In this document: positions 29,168 to 38,774 of the stretch, piece by piece
How positions within the stretch are numbered: position 1 is the stretch's first letter
Layout of the letters: every line of letters starts with the position of its first letter
Assembly (NCBI GenBank): GCA_964397045.1
Contig: CAYNHF010000049.1
Span: forward strand, 1,027-65,026
Reading direction: 5' to 3'
DNA: 64,000 bases
Origin: an uncultured Acidimicrobiaceae bacterium
GTDB taxonomy: Bacteria; Actinomycetota; Acidimicrobiia; Spongiisociales; UBA5794
Made by a program: the position numbers and the translations under genes
The notes under the pieces: generated by a model
Seen by the model: only the letters and a program-made list of their open reading frames with translations
The model's database searches: none
Told to the model about the DNA's origin: nothing

Positions 29168-30103
29168 ATGAGCAAAGTCACGGTGGTCGGTGCTGGGAAG
29201 TACGGTTCAACAACCGTCCAGCGGTTGGCCGGAGCCGACATCGTCGATGAAGTGGTGATGACCGACATCGTCGAGGGCCTGCCGCAAGGCTTGGCGCTCG
29301 ACATGAACCAGTCGCGTCCGATCGAGCGCTATCGCACGCTCGTCACCGGCACGAACGACTATGCAGATACCGCGGGCAGCGATGTGGTGGTCATCACCGC
29401 CGGGCTGCCGCGGAAGCCGGGGATGAGCCGGATGGATCTGCTGTCGGTGAACGCCGGCATCGTCAAGGGTGTCACCGAGGCCGTGATGGCGGGGTCGCCG
29501 GACGCCGTGATCATCGTCGTCACCAATCCGCTCGACCAGATGACCACCCTGGCAGCGGACGTGGCGGGTGTGGTTCGGAGCAGGGTGATCGGGCAGGCCG
29601 GTATTCTCGACAGCGCTCGCTTCGCCCACTTCATCGCCGAAGCCACCAACACCGATGTCCTCGCGGTGCAAGCCGTGACGCTCGGTTCGCACGGTGACAC
29701 GATGGTGCCGGTGCCCTCGCTCTGCAGGGTCGGTGACCAGCCGCTCACCGACGTACTCGACACCGCCACGATCGAGGCGTTGGTGCAGCGCACCCGCGCC
29801 GGTGGAGGGGAGATCGTCGGTCTATTGAAGACGGGCAGCGCCTACTACGCACCATCTGCCGCGGCGGCTGCCATGGTGCAGGCGGTGATCACCGACTCGA
29901 ATGAGACCATGCCGGTTTGCGCCTGGATGACTGGCCAGTACGGCATTTCCGACGTCTACCTCGGCGTGGTCGGCACACTCGGCGCCGGTGGGCTCACCGG
30001 AATCGACGAACTTCCCTTGACAGACCAGGAACTCGCGGGGTTGCGGGAAGCTGCAGAGGGGGTGCGAGCCAAGGTGGCCGATCTCGACGAGATCGAGTTG
30101 TAG
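29168..30103 (+). CDS. mdh: Malate dehydrogenase (LDH-like MDH family)
   Basis: VTVVGAGKYGSTT dinucleotide fold and an LDH/MDH catalytic region (GSHGDTMVP); 311 aa. Confidence 0.85.
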   Translation: MSKVTVVGAGKYGSTTVQRLAGADIVDEVVMTDIVEGLPQGLALDMNQSRPIERYRTLVTGTNDYADTAGSDVVVITAGLPRKPGMSRMDLLSVNAGIVKGVTEAVMAGSPDAVIIVVTNPLDQMTTLAADVAGVVRSRVIGQAGILDSARFAHFIAEATNTDVLAVQAVTLGSHGDTMVPVPSLCRVGDQPLTDVLDTATIEALVQRTRAGGGEIVGLLKTGSAYYAPSAAAAAMVQAVITDSNETMPVCAWMTGQYGISDVYLGVVGTLGAGGLTGIDELPLTDQELAGLREAAEGVRAKVADLDEIEL

Positions 30104-30134
30104 AGGGCGCGCGGCAGCGATCGGTGAAGCGGCG

Positions 30135-31124
30135 TCAGGCGTCTGCGGACGGCGCCGCGCCGATCCCGGCAGCGACGCGAGCTTCTTCGATCTCTCTGGC
30201 GCTTTCCTCGGCGGCGATCCGCTGTCGCTCCGCCCGTGCCTGACTGTCCAGGATGTCCTTGCGTCGCGCCCACATTGCCACCGAACCGAGGAAGATCAGG
30301 AACATCCCTCCGAGGGCAACGAAGTAGCCGGCGGCCACCTGGGTGTCGTCGTAGTCTGCAGTGGGGCCCTCGGCGGCCTCCACCTGTGCCTCAACCAGCG
30401 ACGTACGCATGGCACCCGCCATCGTCAGCATGATGATGGCCGCAAACACCACCATCAACACCAGCATGCGACTGGGTGCCAGCTTGCGCGGGGCGGCAGT
30501 CACCGAATAGGCAGCCATGATCAGGCCCGCGACGAGAACGGCGAACCACACTTCGAGCGCCACGTCGATGGTGTTGAACACCCAGATCAAGCCAAATGCC
30601 GACAGAACCATTGAGAGCACCCAGATGAGGAATCTTCCCGGTCCACGCTCCACGAGCAGCGGCGCTTCGCCGTGTTTGCCGATCTTCAGCGGCACTCCCA
30701 TGCTCCCACGGATGGTCCGTTCCAGGGCAGCCAGCCCGGGCCTGATGACCCGCGACAGCGCGGTGCCGGTGAAAAGGATGGTGATGACCCTGGCAAGAAG
30801 GCCGGCGAGCCCTTCGGTCACCTCTACTTGGTCTTCGCCGAAGATCAGGCCGATGACGACCCCGGCGCCGATCATGTAGAAGATGATCGCGATGCCGATC
30901 CCGAGTTTCTCCGAACCAGGCCACAGTACGAGGAGAACACCTGTGAGCAGGGCGATGCCGATAGCCATGTAGGCCCATCCGTTGACGAACTCGTGGGCCC
31001 GGAGAACCCAGGGGCTCACCAGGAAGCGGTAATCGGGTTTCATGCGCACCAGTTCCCACACGATGGTCTGGATCACGATGAGCGAACCGATGATCGCAAG
31101 AGCGCGGGTCCAGCTGGTAGTCAA
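30135..31124 (-). CDS. Integral membrane protein of unknown function with a charged coiled-coil-like C-terminal tail
   Basis: 329 aa with about 8 hydrophobic segments and a C-terminal RAERQRIAAEESAREIEEAR tail. I recognise no family. Confidence 0.4.
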   Translation of the reverse strand: MTTSWTRALAIIGSLIVIQTIVWELVRMKPDYRFLVSPWVLRAHEFVNGWAYMAIGIALLTGVLLVLWPGSEKLGIGIAIIFYMIGAGVVIGLIFGEDQVEVTEGLAGLLARVITILFTGTALSRVIRPGLAALERTIRGSMGVPLKIGKHGEAPLLVERGPGRFLIWVLSMVLSAFGLIWVFNTIDVALEVWFAVLVAGLIMAAYSVTAAPRKLAPSRMLVLMVVFAAIIMLTMAGAMRTSLVEAQVEAAEGPTADYDDTQVAAGYFVALGGMFLIFLGSVAMWARRKDILDSQARAERQRIAAEESAREIEEARVAAGIGAAPSADA

Positions 31125-31203
31125 CGTTGAGGGCCTCTCCTGGCGAGTGGACGTACTCTAATTGGTTTCTGAGCGCGGTTCCTGATGGGCGCCCTTCCCA
31201 CCT

Positions 31204-31342
31204 CGATTCACCCAGAACCGCGGCGTCGCGGCGCCGCGAGAATCGTGGGGCGGGGCGAACGGCGGCTGTCGGGGCACTTCGTGAATCGATGCTAGGTCTC
31301 CCGCAGGGAGAATCGTTTTGTGCCTCTGCGCATTGTGAATCG
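31204..31342. promoter_or_regulatory. Array of five GAATCG-core repeats (gagaatcgt / gtgaatcg, one inverted) upstream of the HU gene
   Basis: Copies at 31204-31210 (inverted), 31238-31245, 31281-31288, 31308-31315 and 31335-31342. The last three are spaced exactly 27 nt apart. The array lies 90-220 nt upstream of the HU start. Confidence 0.3.
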
Positions 31343-31429
31343 CTCGAATGCCTTGACCCACAACGCCTTGCGGCTAGTGTTTCACGCGTGTAATTCACCT
31401 CGATAGGGGTTTTCCAAGGAGGTTCCGCT

Positions 31430-31705
31430 GTGAACAAAGCTGATCTCATCGACTCTGTTGCCGGTACCACCGGCGAGTCGAAGGCGACCGTCGGCAAGGT
31501 TGTCGACGCAACGCTAGACACGATCACCGGCGCCCTGCAGCAGGGCGACAAGGTCACATTCACCGGTTTCGGCACGTTTGAGCGCCGTCACCGTGAGGCT
31601 CGGATGGGCCGCAACCCGCAAACGGGTGAGCCGGTACCGATCAAGGCCGCCAATGTCCCCGCCTTCAAGGCGGGCAAGGGCCTGAAGGACGCCGTCAACA
31701 GCTGA
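31430..31705 (+). CDS. hup: Nucleoid-associated protein HU
   Basis: 91 aa with the MNKADLID...FTGFGTFERRHREARMGRNPQTGE...VPAFKAGK HU/IHF signature. GTG start after an AAGGAGG RBS. Confidence 0.9.
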   Translation: MNKADLIDSVAGTTGESKATVGKVVDATLDTITGALQQGDKVTFTGFGTFERRHREARMGRNPQTGEPVPIKAANVPAFKAGKGLKDAVNS

Positions 31706-31726
31706 CGGGTCTTCGGATTCGACGAG

Positions 31727-31752
31727 AAGGGGCGCCCCTCGGGGCGCCCCTT
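31727..31752. terminator. GC-rich palindromic hairpin between the convergent HU and SCP2 genes (bidirectional terminator candidate)
   Basis: aaggggcgcccc-tc-ggggcgcccctt forms a perfect 12-bp palindromic stem, followed by ttccactttct. Confidence 0.5.
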
Positions 31753-31837
31753 CCACTTTCTGGAGTAGGCACTTCTGGTGCGGTGGCGGCCTCGCTGGTG
31801 CGAGATCTACTTCGGCTGGCGAAGACCGCCTGCTGGG

Positions 31838-32221
31838 TCAGTAGTCGATGTCCATATCACCCAGGGCGTGGGCGTACTCGCTCAGCATGGCCTGGTTCAT
31901 CAGAAGCTTCGCCATGTTGCCTTCTACCTTGAGTTTGCCGGTCATGAACGCCATCTGGGTGTTGATCTCTCCTTTGGAGATGCCGACCGCGGTCTCGTAG
32001 GTGCTCCGGATGGTGACGTCTGCGGTTTCCAGGGTTCCTCGGGCCATGTCGGCGTTACCGTCCGCCACGGAGACGTAGTAGGGGATCTCCCCTTCCGGGC
32101 TGTCGGTCACGACGAATTGCAGTTCGAGCGCGGTATTGGCGATGGCGGTGGCGAATCCGGCGTGATCTGCCAATGACGCCGTGGCCTCGCTCATGAACTG
32201 GTCGCTCAGGAACTGAGCCAT
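31838..32221 (-). CDS. SCP2 sterol-carrier-like domain protein
   Basis: MAQFLSDQFMSE... with the MTGKLKVEGNMAKLLM SCP-2 signature. I chose the internal ATG at 32221 (GAAAGGA RBS) over the 167-aa ORF. Confidence 0.6.
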   Translation of the reverse strand: MAQFLSDQFMSEATASLADHAGFATAIANTALELQFVVTDSPEGEIPYYVSVADGNADMARGTLETADVTIRSTYETAVGISKGEINTQMAFMTGKLKVEGNMAKLLMNQAMLSEYAHALGDMDIDY

Positions 32222-32294
32222 TGCGGGTCCTTTCGGATGGTCGACTGCTGGAAGTGGAAGTCTAAACGCCCGCCGCAGAGCGGCAGCTTCCGGC

Positions 32295-33062
32295 TCAGAG
32301 GTTGTTCTGGCCGCTCCGTCTGCGGTCCTTCCACTGTCCAACGAGGTAGTCGCGGTTCATGAACGCGATGTTGTTGACCGAGATGCTCTTGGGGCATGCG
32401 ATTTCACACTCGCCGTGGTTCGTACACGACCCGAAGAACTCCTCCATCTTGTTGACCATCGCGACCGCCCGTTCGTAGCGTTCGGCCTGGCCCTGGGGGA
32501 GCAGATTCAGGTGGGCCAGTTTCGCAGACGTGAAGAGCTGGCCCGCGCTGTTCGGGCACGCGGCAACGCAAGCACCACAGCCGATGCAGGCGGCGGCATC
32601 CATCGCGGCTTCTGCCGCATATTTCGGGACGGGGATGTCGTTGGCGTCCGGCGCGGCACCGGTGGGAACCGAGATGTAGCCCCCGGCTTCGATGATGCGG
32701 TCGAGCGGGGAGCGGTCGACCATGAGGTCCTTGATGACGGGAAAGGCGGAGGCTCGCCACGGCTCGATGACGATGGTGTCGCCGTCGCTGAATTTGCGCA
32801 TGTGAAGCTGGCAGGTGGCGGTGCCGAGCTGAGGACCGTGAGGTTGTCCGTCGATCATGAGCCCACACGTACCGCAGATTCCTTCCCGGCAGTCGTGATC
32901 GAAGACAATTGGCTCTTCCCCCGACTCGATCAGCCGCTCGTTCACCACATCGAGCATCTCCAGGAAGGACGCCTCCTCGGAGATTCCAGTGGCCTGGTAG
33001 CTCTGGAACGAGCCGGTCGTGGTCGGGCCCGACTGTCGCCACACTCGCAGCGTGACGTCCAT
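32295..33062 (-). CDS. sdhB: Succinate dehydrogenase / fumarate reductase iron-sulfur subunit
   Basis: 2Fe-2S cluster ([15 protein letters not shown]) and 4Fe-4S/3Fe-4S clusters ([24 protein letters not shown]). Confidence 0.9.
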   Translation of the reverse strand: MDVTLRVWRQSGPTTTGSFQSYQATGISEEASFLEMLDVVNERLIESGEEPIVFDHDCREGICGTCGLMIDGQPHGPQLGTATCQLHMRKFSDGDTIVIEPWRASAFPVIKDLMVDRSPLDRIIEAGGYISVPTGAAPDANDIPVPKYAAEAAMDAAACIGCGACVAACPNSAGQLFTSAKLAHLNLLPQGQAERYERAVAMVNKMEEFFGSCTNHGECEIACPKSISVNNIAFMNRDYLVGQWKDRRRSGQNNL

Positions 33063-35012
33063 CTACTTGTAGCTCCGCTGTGTGAGGGCGACGTACTCGA
33101 ACTCGAGGTCCTCCACGTGTTTGGCCGGTTCGGCGCCTTGTCCTCGCCATTCCCAGGCGGACACATTGGAGAAGTCTTCGTCGTCGCGCAGGGCTTCACC
33201 CTCGGGCGTCTGGTGTTCGATACGAAAGTGGCCCCCGCACGATTCCTCGCGATCGAGCGCATCACGGCACATCAGTTCCGCTAGTTCGAAGAAGTCGGCC
33301 ACGCGACCTGCCTTCTCCAGTGACTGATTGACCGTCTCGTTCTGACCGAGGACGCGAGCGTCCTTCGCGAAATCAGCTTTCAGCAGTGGGATTTCCGTGA
33401 GTGCCTTCTCGAGGCCTTCCGTGCTGCGCGACATGCCGCAGTACTCGATCATGATGTTGCCGAGTTCGCGATGGAACGAGTCGACCGTCCTGGTGCCTTT
33501 GGTGTCGAGACGGCGCCGGATCTCGCGGTTGATCTCGTCTTCGACCTCGGTGAAGGCTCGGTCGCTCGTGGGGACAGGATCGGCGTTCAGGTAATCGGCC
33601 AGGTAGTCGCCGATCGTGTACGGCAGTACGAAATAGCCGTCTGCCAGTCCCTGCATGAGTGCGGAGGCCCCGAGCCGATTGGCGCCGTGATCTGAGAAAT
33701 TCGCTTCGCCGATCGCATAGAGGCCGGGGATGGTCGTCATCAGGTTGTAGTCCACCCAGAGGCCGCCCATCGTGTAGTGCGGCGCCGGGTAGATGCGCAT
33801 CGGCGTTTCGTATGGGTTCTCGTCTGTGATGCGTTCGTACATCTCGAACAGGTTGCCGTAGCGGGCCTCGATGGCATCGCGGCCGAGGCGTTCGATGGAG
33901 TCTGCAAAGTCCAGATAGACACCGTTATTGAGGGGACCCACACCCCGCCCCGCATCGATCATGCGCATCGCGGCTCGCGACGCCACGTCGCGCGGGACCA
34001 GGTTTCCGAAAGCCGGGTAGACGCGTTCGAGGTAGTAGTCGCGTTCGTCTTCGGGTATGTCTGCCGCAGGCCTGGTTTCGTCCGCAGATTCGGGCACCCA
34101 GATCCTGCCATCGTTGCGCAAGGACTCGGACATGAGGGTCAGCTTGGATTGGAATTCGTCGCTGGCGGGAATGCAGGTCGGGTGGATCTGGGTGAAAGAC
34201 GGATTGGCGAAAAGCGCGCCTTTCTTGTGGGCTCGCCAGATCGCGGTGGCGTTGCATGCCATCGCGTTGGTGGAGAGGTAGTACGCGTTGGCGTAGCCGC
34301 CGGTTGCCAGGACCACCGCATGAGCCGAGTACGAGCTGATCTCTCCTGTTACCAGGTCACGCACGACGATTCCTACCGCGTGCCCGTCCTTCACGACGAT
34401 GTCGAGCATCTCGGTTCGGTGGTGGACGTTGACGGACCCTGCCGCTACCTGCCGCTCCAGTGCCTGGTACGCGCCGAGCAGGAGCTGCTGGCCGGTCTGT
34501 CCTCTGGCGTAGAACGTGCGGGATACCTGGGCCCCGCCGAAGGATCGGTTCGCCAATTGGCCGCCGTATTCGCGGGCGAAGGGCACCCCCTGGGCGGTGC
34601 ACTGGTCGATGATCTCGTTCGCCACCTGGGCGAGCCGATAAACGTTCGACTCGCGAGAGCGGTAGTCGCCACCCTTCACCGTGTCGTAGAACAGCCGGAA
34701 AATGGAGTCACCGTCGTTGGGGTAGTTCTTGGCTGCATTGATCCCGCCCTGGGCCGAGATCGAATGCGCCCGCCGCGGGGAGTCGTTGTAGGTGAACGCA
34801 TCGACGTGATAGCCGAGCTCGCCGAAGGTGGCCGCCGCAGACGCGCCTGCGAGGCCGGTTCCGACGACGATGATGCGGTACTTGCGCTTGTTGGCCGGGT
34901 TGACGAGACGGATGTTGAACTTGTGCTCGTCCCACTGCTGCGAGATGTCACCCGCCGGCGTCCGGGCATCGAGGCTGCGCATGCCGGCTTCGGACTGTAC
35001 GAAATCGCTCAT
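33063..35012 (-). CDS. sdhA: Succinate dehydrogenase / fumarate reductase flavoprotein subunit
   Basis: FAD-binding N-terminus ([14 protein letters not shown]) and the [14 protein letters not shown] covalent-FAD histidine region. The ATG at 35012 was chosen inside an 865-aa ORF; the start overlaps the sdhC stop. Confidence 0.85.
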   Translation of the reverse strand: MSDFVQSEAGMRSLDARTPAGDISQQWDEHKFNIRLVNPANKRKYRIIVVGTGLAGASAAATFGELGYHVDAFTYNDSPRRAHSISAQGGINAAKNYPNDGDSIFRLFYDTVKGGDYRSRESNVYRLAQVANEIIDQCTAQGVPFAREYGGQLANRSFGGAQVSRTFYARGQTGQQLLLGAYQALERQVAAGSVNVHHRTEMLDIVVKDGHAVGIVVRDLVTGEISSYSAHAVVLATGGYANAYYLSTNAMACNATAIWRAHKKGALFANPSFTQIHPTCIPASDEFQSKLTLMSESLRNDGRIWVPESADETRPAADIPEDERDYYLERVYPAFGNLVPRDVASRAAMRMIDAGRGVGPLNNGVYLDFADSIERLGRDAIEARYGNLFEMYERITDENPYETPMRIYPAPHYTMGGLWVDYNLMTTIPGLYAIGEANFSDHGANRLGASALMQGLADGYFVLPYTIGDYLADYLNADPVPTSDRAFTEVEDEINREIRRRLDTKGTRTVDSFHRELGNIMIEYCGMSRSTEGLEKALTEIPLLKADFAKDARVLGQNETVNQSLEKAGRVADFFELAELMCRDALDREESCGGHFRIEHQTPEGEALRDDEDFSNVSAWEWRGQGAEPAKHVEDLEFEYVALTQRSYK

Positions 35013-35791
35013 GAGATGATGCCGGTGAGGACGGCGATGGGAATGCTGAGGTTCCCGATCACGATGATCGCCGTGAACACCCAGGCAAAAGTGCGCCGGG
35101 AATGGTTGTAGCGGGAGTTGTTGGAGCCGACGCTCTGGAAGAGGCTCCAAGCGCCGTGGAAGATATGAAAGCCGAGAGCGATATTGGCCGCGATGTAGAT
35201 TGCGGAGACAAGAGGACGACTCAGGCTGGCTACCAGGTTGCCGTACACGTCGCCCCGTTCGAAGGCGGTGGTGGCTGGTGGTGCTGGGGTGCCCCAGGTG
35301 AGATCCGCCAGGTGGAAGAGCAGGAACAGCAGAACGATGGTGCCGGTCCAACGCATGGTGCGCGAAGCGTAGTTCGAGGCAACCCAGTGCCGCGAGGCCT
35401 CGTATTTCACCGGGCCGCGGGTCTGCCTGGCCCGAATCGCCAATTGGTAGGCGGCCACAATGTGCACTGCAAAGGTGAATGTGAGTCCGATCCGCATGAT
35501 CCACAGCAGGTGGGTAGACGGGACCAGATGGCCACCGAGGTCGCGGAGGGCTTCGCCATACTCGTTGATCTCTTCGGGGCCGAAGAAGACCTTCAAGTTG
35601 CCGAGCATGTGGGCGAATACGTACAACAGGAGGAAGATGCCGGTGATCGCCATGATCCACTTCTTGCCGACCTCAGAGCGATAGAAGGTGACGACCCAGG
35701 GCTCGCGGCGGCGGGTTTTGCCGGCTCCTGGAGTTGCGGTCGTCGTCACCTGCCTCGTTCCTCCTCGTGGCGTGACCGTGGTCGGCCGCAT
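35009..35791 (-). CDS. sdhC: Succinate dehydrogenase cytochrome b subunit (b558-type, 5-TM)
   Basis: [34 protein letters not shown] matches b558-family membrane anchors. The ATG at 35791 is verified on the minus strand; the start is uncertain. Confidence 0.65.
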   Translation of the reverse strand: MRPTTVTPRGGTRQVTTTATPGAGKTRRREPWVVTFYRSEVGKKWIMAITGIFLLLYVFAHMLGNLKVFFGPEEINEYGEALRDLGGHLVPSTHLLWIMRIGLTFTFAVHIVAAYQLAIRARQTRGPVKYEASRHWVASNYASRTMRWTGTIVLLFLLFHLADLTWGTPAPPATTAFERGDVYGNLVASLSRPLVSAIYIAANIALGFHIFHGAWSLFQSVGSNNSRYNHSRRTFAWVFTAIIVIGNLSIPIAVLTGIIS

Positions 35792-35900
35792 TATGCCCGG
35801 CGGGAGGGGATTGTTCGAATTCGTAGGCTCGGGCCCCGCGACTCTGCCCGCGAACGCATCGTCCGTTGTCGATAATCGTTGTGTCTCAAGCCTTTCGGGG

Positions 35901-35929
35901 TTGACAGGCGCGCGGCAGGTTGTTTGAAT
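35901..35929 (+). promoter_or_regulatory. Candidate sigma-70-type promoter for whiB (TTGACA-17nt-TTGAAT)
   Basis: TTGACA at 35901-35906, a 17-nt spacer, then TTGAAT at 35924-35929, about 38 nt before the whiB GTG start. It sits in the divergent sdhC/whiB intergenic region. Confidence 0.3.
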
Positions 35930-35966
35930 CACACCGGCGTAATTACAACCGTGTAGGAGTTACAGC

Positions 35967-36248
35967 GTGTTCACGCAATTGCTTGAGGTCCTCGGATCCA
36001 ATGATCTCGCTTGGCAGGACCTGGCGAATTGCCGAGGGGCGGATCCGGATCTCTTCTTCCCCGAGCGGGGCGCGTCCACGCGCACTGCCAAAGGGATTTG
36101 CCGAGAATGCTCGGTACAAGGTGAGTGTCTCGAATTTGCGATCGTCTCGAGCGAGAAGTTCGGGATCTGGGGAGGGATGTCGGAGCGCGAGCGGCGACGG
36201 ATCCGGCGCCAGCGTGCGGTAGCCGCCGCGCAGCGGCAGGCTGGGTAG
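35967..36248 (+). CDS. whiB: WhiB-family (Wbl) Fe-S transcription factor
   Basis: 93 aa with four conserved Cys (C-x-C...C-x2-C...C: ANCRGADPDLFF...CRECSVQGECL) and the GIWGG turn followed by an Arg-rich tail. Confidence 0.85.
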   Translation: MFTQLLEVLGSNDLAWQDLANCRGADPDLFFPERGASTRTAKGICRECSVQGECLEFAIVSSEKFGIWGGMSERERRRIRRQRAVAAAQRQAG

Positions 36249-36418
36249 TTTCTCGATCGTCTCGGTTTGGTCTCGGCTACGCTTCGATAGCATCGTTTGA
36301 GACGTCCACGAAGGGTGCTGATGCCGGAGACCGCGCGTCCGCTGAGAGTCGATGACCAGGTCATTTGGCGCTCCGGCCGTGCGTGTTGTGGTTCAGTCGC
36401 CCACCAAGAGGAGTAGCC

Positions 36419-37345
36419 ATGTCGTTTGCGGTTGTTGTCGTCCTCGTGGTGATCGCCGCGGTCGTGATCGCAGCGGTGATTCGAAGTCGGCGGTCGTCGT
36501 CCGACGACGGGGCCGGTGCCGAAGCCGGGCCCGCCTCGAAGGGCCCCATCCCAGATGACTACAACCGGCTGCGGCCCCGGTACCGCGAGTTCCACGTCGA
36601 GGGATCCGTGGCACACGTGACCTTTGACGTGCCGCTGGGTCAGGATGGTGCCGACGAGGTCCTCTCCTCGCTTCTGGTGCGAGAGGCCGTCGAGGTGTTG
36701 CGCGAAAAGCAACGTGAAGACACGGTGCTCGGAGGTATCGAGGAGGTCAAGGCGTACGGCCGTCGTGCCGGAGCCGACGTCTTCGTCGGTGAGGTCGAGG
36801 TCGCTGTTTCGGACGAGCTCCCCGATTACGGCTTCCCCATGGCTGAGCTTCACGATGTCGAGGTCGACCCAGAGGCCCCTGCAACATCGGGCAGGTCGGA
36901 ATTCGCGGCACGTGCGGAAGGCGACCGCCTCGACCCAATCGGAGAAGACATCGAACTGACCTCCGGGATCGAGGCCGGGCTGCGGGCACAAGGCGTCGAT
37001 CCGGAAACGATGTCTGCCGGTGATTTGATCCTGGGACTGCTCCGCCTCTCGGACCACCAAGTGACTCCGGGGACGGCCCCAGACACGTATCTGGCACGTC
37101 GCCCCGGCGTGTCGCTGTTCGTGAAAGTGGTAGACCACACGGCGGGCTCCTACCCGGAGCTGGATGAGGCGGACATGCGAGCCTTCGTAGCAGGCTTCAC
37201 TCACTCCAAGGCGGAGCGGGGGTGGCTGGTGACCGACAAGTTCGGTCCATTCTCGGTCTACGAGAAGGAGCGCAGGATGCCGGAGTGCCGCTTCGTCACC
37301 CGGGAGCGTTTGCAGGGAGTGGTGGACGGCTTCGCGTTGTCGTGA
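36419..37345 (+). CDS. Membrane-anchored hypothetical protein (N-terminal TM, acidic central region, conserved C-terminal domain)
   Basis: ATG at 36419 after an AAGAGGAG RBS. A single N-terminal TM helix (FAVVVVLVVIAAVVIAAVI); I recognise no family. It lies between whiB and tatA. Confidence 0.4.
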   Translation: MSFAVVVVLVVIAAVVIAAVIRSRRSSSDDGAGAEAGPASKGPIPDDYNRLRPRYREFHVEGSVAHVTFDVPLGQDGADEVLSSLLVREAVEVLREKQREDTVLGGIEEVKAYGRRAGADVFVGEVEVAVSDELPDYGFPMAELHDVEVDPEAPATSGRSEFAARAEGDRLDPIGEDIELTSGIEAGLRAQGVDPETMSAGDLILGLLRLSDHQVTPGTAPDTYLARRPGVSLFVKVVDHTAGSYPELDEADMRAFVAGFTHSKAERGWLVTDKFGPFSVYEKERRMPECRFVTRERLQGVVDGFALS

Positions 37346-37423
37346 GGCGACATTGGGCTGCCGGCCCAGCTACCGGTGCCAGAGCGGCGCCTCACTACAC
37401 TGGGGTTGTCGAAGGAGGCAGCA

Positions 37424-37603
37424 GTGCTCCAGAACATCCAGCCGATGGAAATCCTGCTTGTCGTGCTCGTGATCGTTCTCTTCTTCACGGCCCGGAAGCT
37501 TCCCGACCTCGCCCGATCGATTGGAGCTTCCCGCAAGGAGTTCCGCAAGGGCCGCGACGAAGGTGCCGAGGATCCTGAGGATGAGAACAACTCCGCGAGC
37601 TGA
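37424..37603 (+). CDS. tatA: Sec-independent protein translocase TatA/E
   Basis: MEILLVVLVIVLFFTARKLPDLARSIGASRKEFRKG is a typical TatA TM helix plus amphipathic helix. GTG at 37424 lies 5 nt after a GAAGGAGG RBS; the ATG at 37445 is an alternative start. Confidence 0.7.
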   Translation: MLQNIQPMEILLVVLVIVLFFTARKLPDLARSIGASRKEFRKGRDEGAEDPEDENNSAS

Positions 37604-37611
37604 TGCCCCCG

Positions 37612-37637
37612 GGAACCGCAGCGTGCGTGCATTCGTT
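37612..37637 (+). promoter_or_regulatory. ECF (SigE/SigH-type) autoregulatory promoter candidate GGAACC-N17-GTT
   Basis: GGAACC at 37612-37617 and GTT at 37635-37637, about 26 nt upstream of the sigma-factor ATG. This matches the actinobacterial SigE/SigH promoter consensus. Confidence 0.45.
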
Positions 37638-37662
37638 ACCCCATTCGTGAACAGGGGAAGAC

Positions 37663-38172
37663 ATGGCTGACGACCTGGTTCCGAGCTGGGAAGACGTAGC
37701 GCGACTGTATGGGCGCAAGATCTACAACTTTGCATATCGCCTCACCGGCAACCCGGACGATGCTGCCGACCTGGTCCAGGAGGTGCTCCTCAGAGTCCGC
37801 AAGGGCCTCGCGGGCTACACCCCGGGATCATTCGAGGGCTGGCTCTGGCGAATCACCCGAAACGCCTTCCTCGATTCTGTTCGGAAGAAGAAGCGACGTC
37901 CCGAATCGCCCCTACCCGACGAGGATCGATGGACGATGGCCACCAGCCCGTCGCCGGATGAGGTGCTGGCTTCGGTTCGCCTCAGCGAGAACGTGCAGGC
38001 TGCGCTGCTCAAGCTACCGATGGAGTTTCGCGAATCTGTGGTCCTCTGCGACGTGGTCGGACTCAGTTATGAGGAGATCGCCACGGCCATCGATGCGCCC
38101 ATCGGGACCGTTCGCAGCCGGATCCACCGCGGTCGCAAACTGCTCAGGGAGATGCTGACGTGGCCGGTCTGA
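37663..38172 (+). CDS. sigE: ECF RNA polymerase sigma factor (SigE-like)
   Basis: Sigma-70 regions 2 and 4 (YNFAYRLTGNPDDAADLVQEVLLRV; VVLCDVVGLSYEEIATAIDAPIGTVRSRIHRGRKLL); 169 aa. Confidence 0.8.
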   Translation: MADDLVPSWEDVARLYGRKIYNFAYRLTGNPDDAADLVQEVLLRVRKGLAGYTPGSFEGWLWRITRNAFLDSVRKKKRRPESPLPDEDRWTMATSPSPDEVLASVRLSENVQAALLKLPMEFRESVVLCDVVGLSYEEIATAIDAPIGTVRSRIHRGRKLLREMLTWPV

Positions 38173-38774
38173 TTCCCAATCGCCACGTCTCAGGGGAGGT
38201 GCTTTCTGCCTATTTGGACGGCGAACTGCAGTCGGGAGAGCTCGACGTCGTAGTGGATCATTTGGGTGGATGTCAGGCCTGCATCGCCGAGTTTCACGAA
38301 CTCAAGGAGACGAGAGCCTGGCTGCGCACGCTGCCGGAACTTGCAGTGCCTGATCGTGTCGTGCGCTCGGTCCACTACGGACCCGAACTGTCTGCGTTCC
38401 TGGATGGTGAACTCGGTCTGGTTGAGCAGCGCGAGGTGACCGATCATCTCGCCGGCTGCCTGTACTGCCGCGAGGAACTGCAGGAACTGGACGCGGCCCG
38501 GGTTGCGATTCGTTCGTTGCCCCGCCTCGAGCCACCAGTTTTGCTCGAGGTAGCAGCGCGTCGCACTGGCCACACCCGGCGCTGGAGATTGGTCACGGTG
38601 ACGGCAGGTGTTGCTGCCGCGTTGATCGTCGCGCTCGGCGTCGCGGCTTCGGGGCCGGAGCAGGTTGCAGACATCGACCTGGATTCGTTCGCCGATCGCC
38701 ACGTGGCCCGGGCTTCTGTAGAACCCGGCTTCGCGGTGATTCCCGCAGTCGGCCCGACGGGGGCGACGCCGTGA
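38160..38774 (+). CDS. Anti-sigma factor with duplicated zf-HC2 (ZAS-like) motif and a C-terminal TM helix
   Basis: Overlaps the sigma gene by 13 nt. Two tandem copies of the LSAYLDGEL...HLGGCQAC...EL / LSAFLDGEL...HLAGCLYC...EL module, then a TM segment (WRLVTVTAGVAAALIVALGV). Confidence 0.7.
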   Translation: MAGLIPNRHVSGEVLSAYLDGELQSGELDVVVDHLGGCQACIAEFHELKETRAWLRTLPELAVPDRVVRSVHYGPELSAFLDGELGLVEQREVTDHLAGCLYCREELQELDAARVAIRSLPRLEPPVLLEVAARRTGHTRRWRLVTVTAGVAAALIVALGVAASGPEQVADIDLDSFADRHVARASVEPGFAVIPAVGPTGATP

